64,000 nt of DNA. Source: Ruditapes philippinarum. Lineage: Eukaryota. The stretch covers positions 1 to 64,000 of the forward strand of contig NW_026856706.1 of assembly GCF_026571515.1 (NCBI RefSeq), read 5' to 3'. Shown piece by piece: positions 36,367 through 48,500 of the stretch. Within the stretch, counting starts at the first letter, position 1; every line of letters starts with the position of its first letter. The notes beneath the pieces were generated by a model. It saw only the letters and a program-made list of their open reading frames with translations. It was not told the DNA's origin and did no database searches. Made by a program: the position numbers and the translations under genes.

Positions 36367-36731
36367 TTAGTAATAGAAAGAGCATCGAAACACGAGGCTA
36401 TCTGATTTGTACGAGGGGGCGTAGCCCCCGAGTATTAATCAGATTGCCGAGTGTTTTGATGTTCTTTCTCTTTTGTATCATAGTCATGTCACAATATGAA
36501 ACCCCGGGAAAAAGTAACCAATGAACGAGCATCTGAATATGATATTTTTGTCGCTTTCCCTTTCTCTTCCGTCAAAATAAGTAAACCCCAGCAAAAATGA
36601 GCCAATCAATGGACATGCTCTGGAGTGCGGGTAACTAATACCTGCACTCCTGTTAAGGCACTGTGCATGTATATGTATACGATTTAACTCTGACACATTT
36701 TCAACAGAAAGGTCCCCAAACTATGATACAA
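36367..36731 (+). mobile_element. ~365-bp hairpin-ended non-autonomous element, copy 2 (inverted relative to copy 1)
   Basis: Near-identical to 35625-35997 on the opposite strand; each copy has a private deletion. Confidence 0.8.
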
Positions 36732-37134
36732 TTTTACTTTGATGTCTCATTTCCATATCCGGTGTATAGTATGACAATTTACTTAAATCGTGGTCAGTGA
36801 ATTACAGTGTATTTGATGGCTTCTTAATTATTGTAACTTATATTAAATACTTTCTATTCAGATAACTGAAACTAACCAGTTCCGAGTCCTATAAGCAAAC
36901 ATGGTTCTTTCTCAAACAGGACTTGAACCCAAAATCAACAATGGGTTTAGAGACAGGTACCTATGAGGCAAGCACGTATATGACAAGCACTTTTAGGCAG
37001 GCATAAAGAGGTAAACACTTATGCAAATGATAAATGAATGATTTAAAATACATGTAATCGGAGCAATTTGAAGGATCTAGATATATTTAATTCATATTTA
37101 ATGTATATTTTATGTTTTAATATTTATCCTTTTA

Positions 37135-37375
37135 AAATGGCAATAATCTACTTTATGCGTACATGACATAGCAAGTAGCTAAATAAATAAATTCAGGTTT
37201 TTTTATAAAAAATTTCCAATTTTGTTAACCTATAAATAAATTGACAAAATCCTTATAAATGGCAATAATGTACTTTATGCGTACATGACATAGCAAGTAG
37301 CTAAATAAATAAATTCAGGTTTATTTAAAAAAAAACTTCTCCAATTTTGTTAACCTATAAATAAATTGACAAATC
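37135..37375. repeat. ~122-bp tandem duplication downstream of CaML-B
   Basis: aaatggcaataat.tactttatgcgtacatgacatagcaagtagctaaataaataaattcagg at ~37135 and ~37257. Confidence 0.8.
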
Positions 37376-37779
37376 ATATAATTTAGAATAACAAATTATG
37401 TTTCGCTTTTTCAATTGACAAATTCAATAAGCTTATAGCTTTCAATATCGAACTAAAATAAAGCAGTATAAACTAATAAACAAATAAGTAACAAAATACA
37501 TGTATGTAAATATATTTTAACACGACAAACAAACGTTGCCGCTGTGATGCAATAAAAGAAACAAAGGTCAAAGAAACAACAAAAAACGAACTTTTTTTAA
37601 TAGTTTACTGATCATGACAATAGTGTTCATAAATATCAAAATGTATGATATAATGGGATTGTAAAATAATGAAAGACATTTGAAGACAGAGGCCATCAAT
37701 TGCTGTTACAGCACATATTCGGAAACATGGAAATGTGTAAGTATCCTTCGCTTTTATCGTTAATTAATATCCTACCAAA

Positions 37780-39767
37780 CTATCTTCTAACACCACTTGA
37801 CGCTAACATCATGTTTACAAATTCTGGAAACAAATAAGAAAAAATAAAAATAAAACACAGTGGTAAAAAAATAGCTAGTTACTACTAGTTACTACGTATA
37901 TGTAGACTACATGTTTAGTGTAAGACCGGTTTTTTGTTTGTTTTATTTCTAAAATTTATATCAAGTCGGCCACTTATAGTCTAAATGAATATCAAAAGTA
38001 AAGTGCCATAATCATGCTAACGTATTGAGCTTAATGTTTCCATTATATATATATATATTTTTTTTTTGGTTAATGTTTACGTACCACCAAACAGTCAAAC
38101 ATAATAGTCATGCTTAACTGGTGGTACATTATTTCAGGCACTTACGGTTCCAAGATGTCAAATCGTAAATGAATATAACATAAAATTATAACTTAACACT
38201 TACCATCATAATCTATTTCACCATCATTGTTAACATCTGCTTCTCGCATCATCTCGTCCACTTCCTCATCTGTGAGTTTTTCTCCGAGATTTGTCATCAC
38301 GTGACGTAATTCTCCGGCACTTATTTTTCCTGAACCGTCTTTGTCAAAAACTCTAAATGCTGCTTTTAAATCTTCATCCGAATCATTATCACGCATGTGT
38401 CGCACCATCATAGTTAAGAATTCTGGGAATTCAACAGTTCCGCTTCCTGTAACAAACTGATCAGGTTTACTTCCGGATATGCAATTCATTCTTTCTCCGT
38501 CTTATAAATAAACATAATTTTAACACTCATGTTATAATTGTCAAACCAATTAACTTGAAAGAAATCATAGTGAAATAAGACATGGACACAGAGACACGGA
38601 TTCTATTTCCTATTATAGCATGTAACCTTACGTTCAGTGCAACAAAGAAATTACCGGAATGCAAAATGTTAAGTACTGTTTTGTTATAGCCCGATGAAAA
38701 GATTTGGGATAGTAATTAATAATTATGAAGGAATCTTTCTATGTTAAACATATATACATATATGTTGGAATGTCAAAGACCTCTTACCGTCTGCATCAAC
38801 TTCATTGATCATATCCTGTAGTTGAGCCTCGGTTGGGTTTGACCCCAGTGACCTCATCACAGTGCCTAGCTCTGTTGATGTTATGGTACCATCGCCATCT
38901 TTATCAAACAAACTAAACGCCTCTTTAAACTCTGCAAAATATTCACCTTATTTGTTAATACAATGTATACTAGTACATGCATACCCTTTGTTTAAACAAT
39001 ATGCAATATTTTATGAGAAATCAAACCTTTGCTGCAGGCGACTTCCACATACAAACCATGTGAAAAACATCTCTTGCTGGAAATTAATGTTTTATCTCCA
39101 TAATTAAAAGTCTAAAAAAATTACAATAGAGAAAATCTACAAAAAAGAACACAGGTCAATTTATAAAAATATTTGTTTGAAAACAAGATGAATAAAAACC
39201 TTTAACTTGTTGGCAATGAATTATGTATTTTAAAACAATAAAGTTTGTGACTTTAAAAGAATGGCTTTTTAGTAAACAATCTATTGTGAGATAGGACCAG
39301 ACGATAAATGCTATATATGGATGTTAATCTATTAATTTAGAGATAAAATAACAGCCATCATCAAATCTACATATTAATTTCCATTACCTGCAATTTGTTC
39401 ATCTGTTAATTGTGTTTCCTGTAAATGAAATAAATAAAAGGGAAATGACGTATATGCACTTTGTTTAGTTTTTGTAATCAAACTCTGCGTTATCTTTCCA
39501 AATCAGGGAATAGAGCCAGGCTAGCCTTTATATAAACGCCTCTAGATTCGATGGATTTTATACAGTTTGGTGTTCTATTTTATATCTAACTACTAATAAA
39601 AAAACAAGAACAAGAAATGGAAAGTTCATAATGCAATATCTATGAATATGCAATAAAATTACCATTTACACCTCGACTGGTAAACAACAACAGAAAAAAG
39701 TAATATAATATAAAAAATACTTAAAATATCTAACAATATCGAAAACAAACGTCAAAAAGCTTACCAT
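37780..39767 (-). CDS. Calmodulin-like protein B (154 aa, near-canonical calmodulin with 4 intact EF loops and a short C-terminal extension)
   Basis: Exons: 39767-39765 ATG, 39418-39388 [10 protein letters not shown], 38931-38788 [23 protein letters not shown].., 38446-38204 [25 protein letters not shown], 37823-37780 [14 protein letters not shown]. The 3/31/144-nt first exons are the classic calmodulin pattern. Roughly 75-80% identical to canonical animal calmodulin by hand count. Confidence 0.93.
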
Positions 39768-40119
39768 ATTTCTTCTTACTGATTACATAAAATGAATTTA
39801 TAAATGAATATGTATGTTATCCTAATGCACAGTCTTCGTTAAACAACCATGTTAAAACTTGTAACATCTATAAACAAATACCTAACATCATAGTACTGAA
39901 ATATAATATTGAAATGTTGAAATGATCATTAAAAATTATTCAAACTGCGACAGTGCCGCATTGCGGCATATGTTTTTTTCAAAAGCGCGCATTATATACA
40001 GAATAGATTAATATTGGTACCGTATTTTAAAGCTTCAAAATTTGATACTATCATTAATTGTTTTAGAACAATGGGTCAATATTATAAGGGGTATACTGTT
40101 TTGAAGATTTCATCTAATC

Positions 40120-40127
40120 TATAAAAG
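40120..40127 (+). promoter_or_regulatory. Candidate TATA box (TATAAAAG) for CaML-C
   Basis: Consensus TATAAAAG lies ~75 nt upstream of the inferred ATG at 40202. The AT-rich background lowers its specificity. Confidence 0.35.
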
Positions 40128-40201
40128 AGTATGTACTAATGGTCGGGTAGTTTATGAATTTATAAACTTTAAAAAGCTAATGGAGATATGTAAAAAATAA
40201 A

Positions 40202-43200
40202 ATGGTAAGAACTTATATTATTTTTTATTTCAACTATGTTTTGTCATGTTAAAATTTATAAGTGTTCATGTTTTAAAATCAGTTTAAATGTTCTTGCAAA
40301 TTTGCTTTAAATATGACAATAAAGATTAACATAGGAGAGAACCGTTCACGAAAATAGTTTGGAAGACAAATGTCAAGCAACATAAATGTACAAATTTACT
40401 TAGTTTGAAAACAATCAATATATTCATGAGAACAGAAATCAAGTTATTTTCAGGATATCTGAACTGTTATTGATTGTTATCGGCTGAATATAGTAGATAA
40501 ATATTTTAAACAATATTTATAATTTATATAGATATAATATTGATTCACAAATAAGCAAGGCATTTGTATGGTGGCTGATTTCCGCCATCTCATGCGTCCG
40601 TGTCTTAGCCCCTCAAATGAGACACGAATACACGGTTATATGCTCGTTTATCGAGTTTTTACCTTCGACTTTTGAGGGGCGAAGACACGAAGATATTTCC
40701 CTTGTACATTGGCGAAATATTAGTATTAAAATTCGGAAATTCAGCTAGATTAGGAACGTCTGTGGTTCTACTCAGGTGTCTGTGCACGTTTATAATAAAG
40801 TTTGAAGGCTGTATGTAAGTGTTGGNNNNNNNNNNNNNNNNNNNNNNNNNNNNNNNNNNNNNNNNNNNNNNNNNNNNNNNNNNNNNNNNNNNNNNNNNNN
40901 NNNNNNNNNNNNNNNNNNNNNNNNNNNNNNNNNNNNNNNNNNNNNNNNNNNNNNNNNNNNNNNNNNNNNNNNNNTAATATGAAAAACTATGCTATTTTAA
41001 CAGTGTTTAATTGTTTACAGTCTGACGTGTTTACAGAAGAGCAGCTTGAAGGTAAACAATAAATTTTAATGTTCAAAATACAAGAATTTAAAAAGCCACA
41101 ATGCGCGCAGATAATGTAGAATTTAAATACATTATGTATTGTGATTCACAGATGCATCGCAGATTTCCGAAGTCAGTGATTATATTGCAATATATAAGAT
41201 TTGTCTTAGCGTGTTTGACTATGGTGTTAGATTATTTGTCAAAGAAGTCACGTCAGGTAAACTTACGAAAAAGCAGACGAATATTTCTTGTGTGAGTGAT
41301 ACATTATGTTTTCCATTGTTTAAATATATGAGCCGCGTCATGACAAAACCAGCATAATTGGTTTGCGACCAGCATGGATCCAGACCAGCCTGCGCATCCG
41401 CGCAGTCTGATCAGGATCCTTGCTGTTCGCTTACCAACCTATGACAAGTAGTGAAACTGATAGCAAACAGCATGGATCCTGATTAGACTGCGCGGATGCG
41501 CAGGCTGGTCTGGATCCATGCTGGTCGCAAACCCATTATGTTGGTTTTGTCGTGACACGACTCATATGGGTGTGTAACTTTCAGAGTTCAAGGAGACGTT
41601 CAGCTTGTTTGACAAAGAAGGAGATGGTTCTATATCAATAAAGGAACTTGGTACCGTCCTCAGAGCTTTGGGGCAACATCCAACCGAGGCTGACCTTAAT
41701 GACCTCATCGGTAATCTAGAGGTTGAAGGTCAGTTTCTATTTCTTATTTCATTTCCATTTGTGAAAGGACTCAAAGGAGTGATATTTATTTCAAAAATAC
41801 TACATTTGAAAAATGTAGCAATTTCACATAAAAGTACAGTACTTAGTATTAGGATCTGAGTTTGAAATGGGAAAAAGTAATATTTATTTAGAAATATTTA
41901 GAAATAATATTACAATCTATATAACAAATACTGCCTAGTTCATATTGCAAACTCCTTATACATTAAAATTATAATAAACTTACACATTAATTGTGAATGT
42001 CCGGACATATATAGTAACACTTTTATAGTGATCCTGAAATTATATGAGCCGTGTCACGACAAAACCAACATAGTGGGTTTGCGACCAGCATGGATCCAGA
42101 TCCGCGCAGTCTGATCAGGATCCATGCTGTTCGCTTACAAACCCTATAACAAGTAGAGAAACTGATAGCGAACAGCATGGATCCTGATCAGACTGCGCGG
42201 ATGCGCAGGCTGGTCTGGATCCATGCTGGTCGCAAACCTATTATTTTGGTTTTGTCGTGACGCGGCTCATATTGCTTTTGACACCACCTGTATCTTGTAT
42301 ATAATACTTCAGGACACATGACCATTGAGTTTCCAGAGTTTTTGAGTATCCTGGCGAAAATCATCAAAGATACCGATCCAGAGACCGAACTTACCGAAGC
42401 TTTCAAGGTATGATAATAAGGTCAAAAAGATGTTTTTGTTTTTTGTGTGTTTTTCAATATTGTATGTCACCCCATTGCAATGCCAAATGAAATATGAACG
42501 TTGCAAATTTAATAACATTCATAGGGCTACTTACTTTGTCAAAGAGATATTGGTGATATTTCAAATTGCAAAATTATATGTACAGATTATAAATAAAAAT
42601 CGTAAATGCCAAGTTTTAAGAACAACTTCTGCAGTTTCTTGTTAATCGATAACATTTGAAGAAAAATGTCTAGAATGCGGTTTTCATGTGTATAGTTACC
42701 ACTACAATGTATATGGTATTTCATGCCATTTGCACAATTTTCAAGACCTTCGAGATTTAAGTCAAATCGAACCTCGACGCTTATGACTTTACAATTTTAC
42801 TGCATCTTGGAGTAAAATGAAAGCCACGGATAGGAATGAGAAGAAAATCGTAATAGCAACTTATAGGGAACATTCGTACACTAACGAAGACTAAGTAGAA
42901 CATTTGTTTTCCAGAATGCATAGCAGAAAACATTATCAATCTCATAAACAGAATTGCAACATAAAAATCCATTCCCGGTGTTAAGCCATGCGAGGAAATA
43001 CATATTTCATTGTTTCCAGTAATTGGTGTCTTTTCGTTATCAGTGCCAGCCTTTTTGCATGAGCACACAGTCCCAGAATGCATTAGCACCAAATGTTCGT
43101 TATTATGTGTAGATCCTGCGCTAAATATGTGCGGTTTGTACTCGCGTTTATGATTATTGTGATTTTATTCTCGACAATTGGTACAATAATGTTTCATATT

Positions 43201-44015
43201 GTAGCTGATACCTTAAACAAGTTGGATTCAATAGTTGCTCACAAATCAAGCGTTTGAAAACGTCATGGGGAATTCATTTGGCTTAGTGAGACAGGCCATC
43301 AATTAAGACCTGCATTGTGGGAAAATCCCTTAATTTTGCCCATTCAACGTAAATAACATCAAATTACTGTTTCAGATTTTCGACAAAGAAAACACGGGCA
43401 ACATCTCTAACGCCGACTTACGGCGAATTATGACGACGTATGGCGAGGTGTTGAATGACGAAGAGATAGAAGAGATGATCAAAGAAGCCGACACCGACGG
43501 CGACGGCATTGTCGATTATGCTGGTATGATTTACCGTTCTTACTCACTGACTTCAGTTTGTATCACCCCCTTTACGAAATTTATAAGGCGTAGAAATAAC
43601 ACGTTGTGCAAATTGATTCATTTTAAGGAACGAGTTTCATTACGAAAAAGACATTTATGGGATAAAGTGAGAAATTACCTTACAAATTTGGCATCTCTAT
43701 TAACAATGAATATTCATTGGTAGTAAAAAGAACATAAAACAAATTCTGTAAAAGTACTGTACTGTTAAACTTGAGCTATAACTACTCTGAGCAGACATTG
43801 TTTCTTTTCTAAAACACTGCTTTTACCTTTACGTTTTACTCTTGAATAAACACCACTCTTAGAAAAAGACCATATTTTAACACCCCGATAATATTTAAGT
43901 TCCAAAGCATTACGTAAGTAAGTAATAAAAGTAATGTTTTTTTTCTCCATAGACTTGACTTTATTTTCAAATGTTTTATTTTTCAGAGTTTATCTCCATG
44001 GTGATACAACCTTAA
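40202..44015 (+). CDS. Calmodulin-like protein C (149 aa, 6 coding exons)
   Basis: Exons: 40202-40204 ATG (aaaATG|gtaaga), 41021-41051 [10 protein letters not shown], 41585-41728 [21 protein letters not shown].., 42313-42407 [20 protein letters not shown], 43376-43523 [25 protein letters not shown], 43987-44015 EFISMVIQP*. Total 450 nt; AATAAA at 44095. The ATG exon is the least certain because an N gap lies in intron 1. Confidence 0.9.
40826..40974. other. Assembly gap (149 N)
   Basis: Run of N in CaML-C intron 1. Confidence 0.99.
41326..41567. mobile_element. Palindromic MITE copy 2, in CaML-C intron 2
   Basis: Same sequence as 575-808, bounded by ATATGAG..CTCATAT. It ends 17 nt before the exon 3 start. 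Confidence 0.88.
42042..42272. mobile_element. Palindromic MITE copy 3, in CaML-C intron 3
   Basis: Same family with a small deletion in the left arm; bounded by ATATGAG..CTCATAT. Confidence 0.88.
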
Positions 44016-45552
44016 AACGTCACAACTGGTCATTGCAGAGGTCAAAATTCTTCATTTATGGTGTTCTTTCGGTGTTCTTGTATTTTGTGTTGTGAATAAA
44101 TAATTAGAAAAACATTATAGAATATTGTGTTTCATAATACATGTATTTTCTTTCCTCTCAATTGTTGTCGTCTAGACTGTTGCACAGTTATCTCTCTACA
44201 TTGTTGATAAAATGAGTCCGGAAGTTTTAAGATTTCAAGTGCTATAGGTGAAACAGACTTTCCTATGCTACCAGTATAAAGTCAGATCGGCCTGCAAGCT
44301 CGTTTAGTACGATCGGACATTATAGACTGCCTTTTGCTTACAATAAACAATTGACAGATCCGATTTCAATCCAGGGCAAATCCATTATACATGTTAAGCC
44401 ATGCAAAGGTTAATAACCTCGTACAAGCATTGAAGACTACATATATACCCGCAGTTCTCATAAAGGAAATATATTGCCTTGCACGACAAGGCACATACCA
44501 TCATACCAAATGTATTTTTGGCAAACCTGCGTTCCGGACAAGGGAATTTAGCTAATCACCTAAACAGGCAGACGGCAGGGATGTACGTGCACTATGTCTG
44601 CCTGTGAAACACTCGACCAGATTTTAACCAATAGCAGTAAGAGCTATCAGAACTATCAGGCCAATATCATAGAGGTATAATGGGTCTTCACCGAGGTATT
44701 TTGACCTGACAGGACTTTTTTTGACATTTGATGTAGGACTGAAACTTATGTGCATAATTTCGGACAAAGAATAGCACAAAATACGATTTTTTTTTTCAAT
44801 TTATTTCCGAGTATATTTCCTAATTATCTCTTGCATATCTTCCTTTTTAAGTTGATCTTTGTAGGAAATTATATTATTTTTGACCTCAGTGGAGTTCCTT
44901 TGAACTTAATGTCCTTGAATAAAAATAAAAAAAGATTCAAATTAAAGAGGAAATAAGTGCATTCTTCAAATGTAAGAGGAAAAAGAAGATATTTTATGCT
45001 TTTAATTTTTATTATAAAATTACAGCTAGTCCCATTTTACTCCGAACACAAAACCTCTGTAAGTAGTGATATATAAACATTCTTCTATAAAAAAGGAACC
45101 CAAATCGCTTACATATAATTATAATAAAACAAAACACAACTCTGTATCTATCACATTCAAAATAGTGTCATATAGTAAAAAAAACATAGATTCTTTGTTG
45201 GTCATTGTTCTGATTATGTTCTTGGTCAGCTTATTCTTTATTTTGTAAGATCTTATTTTGGCGGGAAAAAATTAGGTATAAAAAGTATCCAAGTTCCTAA
45301 CTCACATTTTTCTATTATGCCTATAAACAAAGTGTAATGCGTAGAAAAACTAGCAGATCTAAGAAAACTTTCATTTCATAAAGTAGTTTCATGATATCTT
45401 ATATACTATCAAAATTCTTTTCTATAAATAAAAATATACAATAACAATGAACAATAAAGCTTTTCCAGACGTTTTTGCAAGCGTTTATGACACACAGTAT
45501 ATATTTATGGAATGGTGATGCCTCATTTTTTTGTTTCCCTCTGTTCGCCTCT

Positions 45553-48500
45553 TCAGTACAGGCACTGGATGGTGCGTACCATTTCTATAAATGGAAAAAG
45601 TAAGGATATAGTAAATAATATTTCCTTTAAAAATTAAAAAGAAAAAAATGGCATCAACAAAAGAATCAAAATTCAAAGAATATGAGCTTCATTTAGTTTC
45701 AGTATCTCACTACCAACAATGTATCATCGATTTACAGACAACAAAAACCCGCTCCACTCCTCCAACACAGTGATTCTCCCCAAAAAAGGACACCAAGAAT
45801 TATAATTGCAACAAAGAAACTTTTTAGGTAGTATTATCTCCCTTTTAACACGAGTGTGCCTCTAAATGCCCCCATACCAATAAATTGTAATAACGGATAT
45901 TAAATCAACTCAATTCTGACAAAACCTCTGGTAAATCTAACATCATATTAAATAACACATTATACGCCAGGGGGAGTTTTATTTTGGCGATCGTTAAACT
46001 AAATTAAGTCCGTACCATAACGATTATTTGGATGAAACATTCCAGGAAGAAATAACTGAAAGTACGTGATCGTGCGTGCCATAAAACAATTATGTCACAT
46101 CTTAATTCATGAGAGATATTAAATGTTCCATAGTGATATTCAGCGTTCATATAAGATTTCACGCTAAACGACACTTGTGTATGTCAAATAAATGTAGTCA
46201 ATTTCAAGATTTTCTTCTTAATATGACAATTTTGTATATGTTAAAGAAGATTAAAACTATAGATGATTTCGTTCATCAACAAAGTACATGTATTGTTTAT
46301 TTTTGACATTTCTTAATAAACTTTGTAAGAATTTTTTAAAGTAAACAGTTCATAGTTCATAATGCGATTTGATGGGAAAAGCTTCCTTTTTAAGACAAAT
46401 TTTATTAAATATAGAACAAAAAAGAATAGTTTTAAAACCGTTTTAGATAATGATCAATATCATAAAATATATAAATACAAATTGCAGACTTTTTTTCGCA
46501 GAAGTGAAAAAATTACCTTCAAAGTTAAATTGGTTATCTCCACTGATTTCTACATCTCGCAACATCTCGTCCACTTGGTCGTCTTTTAGCTTTTCTCCGA
46601 GATGTACAAGCACGTGACGGATTTCCTTGACATCAACATATCCATTACCGTCTTTGTCAAAAATACTGAAAGCCTCCTTCAAGTTTTCTTCTGTCTCAAA
46701 TGGCGGGGCTTTTGTGGCAATTATTGTCTGTATTTCATTTAATGAGAAAAGACGCTCTCCTGGAAAAAAAATCATATCTAAATTTAGAACAAGGATACCG
46801 GAAGTGCTTGAAAACATACAATTACTAAAAACGATTTTCTATCAGTAGTTGACACCAACTTTACGTTTTTGTTTATATAACATTATATCAGTAGCCTTTG
46901 AAAACATACTTCACGGACGGAGTGCATTTCCTGTCAACCGAAATTTTAACGTGTCGAACTGGAAATCAAAGGATATCTAAAGTCCGCCAGGGCAAGCTGT
47001 TGTTTCAACGATCAAGAAAACTTAACGTGTCACCTACTTGTTTTTTTCCAGGAACAGACTCGAAATTGTGTCTGTAAGCTTACAGCTCCCTAAATTAAAT
47101 GAAAATCTTTATAAACTAAACTGGCCGCTGCTGAACCAAAGAGTAAAAAGGATACCGGAAACACAATACTGTTAATCACAAGTACAGTGGAAACAATTGC
47201 AATTGGAATTTACTGCTGCATGACTGATGCATTGTGCTCCTGCATATTGAGTTATTAACACCGAGTGTACATATATAATATGTCTGTTCCCGTGACGACG
47301 AAAAAGATCTTAAGGCTAATATGCACTTAATATATAAATCTTGCAATTTTTATACATGTTTCAACTCTTCCTAATTTCATTTTCCTGAAAATACCATGAT
47401 TGATCATGTGAAAATCAAGGGTTGCATGTAAAAAATGTTTAAAAAACTTACTATCTCCGAGCATACTATTCAGTTCCTCATTGGTTGGACTAAGGGCTAT
47501 ACTCCTGATGACACATGTAGCCTGTTCTCTAGTGACTTTGCCATCTCCGTCACTGTCGTATATGATAAATGCTTCCTTCAATTCTACAACAAATATAGAA
47601 TAAACATTCAGTTGTGCTTCGATTTAATAAAGTGTTTAATAATGATGACAAGCAAATGCAAAACTGACAGTGGCTCAGTTAGATATAAAGGGTCAATATT
47701 GTCACATTCAAAGTAGAGGAACACTTAATCCTATTTACCTATGTTAATTTCATTGCATGTGAAATTACTACAGACACTTTTAGGGATTCAGGTGTTGTTC
47801 TTTTTTTTAAAAACACACTTTTTCCTTCATGATATTATAATTACAATGTATTACTAAATCATGTCGGGCCGGGTCTTTAAAGCAAGTTTTACATATTGCT
47901 TAATTTTTTTTCTCAAATGTTTTATTTGGGGTGAATGGTAAATGTCAAACAAGAACAGATGTCAGAACTCGGTTTTTAAAGAAGACATTTATGACCTATG
48001 TTATAAAAACAGTATGGCTGTTTCTGATACGGATGAATTATTAATGGTGGCAAGCAATCTGATTAAACCAACTTTTTGTAACCAAGACAACAGATTTCTC
48101 CGCATTTTTAACCTTAAATTATATAAATTGCTGAATTTGCTGAACATACAGTATATATTATCGATTTTGGGTAACCAACATAAGCCTTGTCAGACGACAC
48201 AGATGTGCAGGCTGGCCTTGATCTATACTTGTGACAAACCCGTTCCACAGCAAGGTACGGTTAAAAATTACTAAATGACAAATCAATAAGTCTCTTATAT
48301 GTCAAAATAAGTTTACAAATCAAACAGTTGTGTCAATTTCGATTTCCACTTTAACAGTTCTGGAATATAACGAGAAAATTTGCATTTACAGACGTAAATT
48401 ATTATGATTTGAAATATCTTATCATTGGATGCTTGAATACCTCAAATTTGCAATGACCGTCTTGCAAAACGTTGTCTACATATGAAATTGAGCGAAGAAC

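Noticed and set aside
45553-45570. CaaX prenylation signal at the CaML-D C-terminus (..IQCLY)
   Set aside because: The Cys is third from the end, not fourth.
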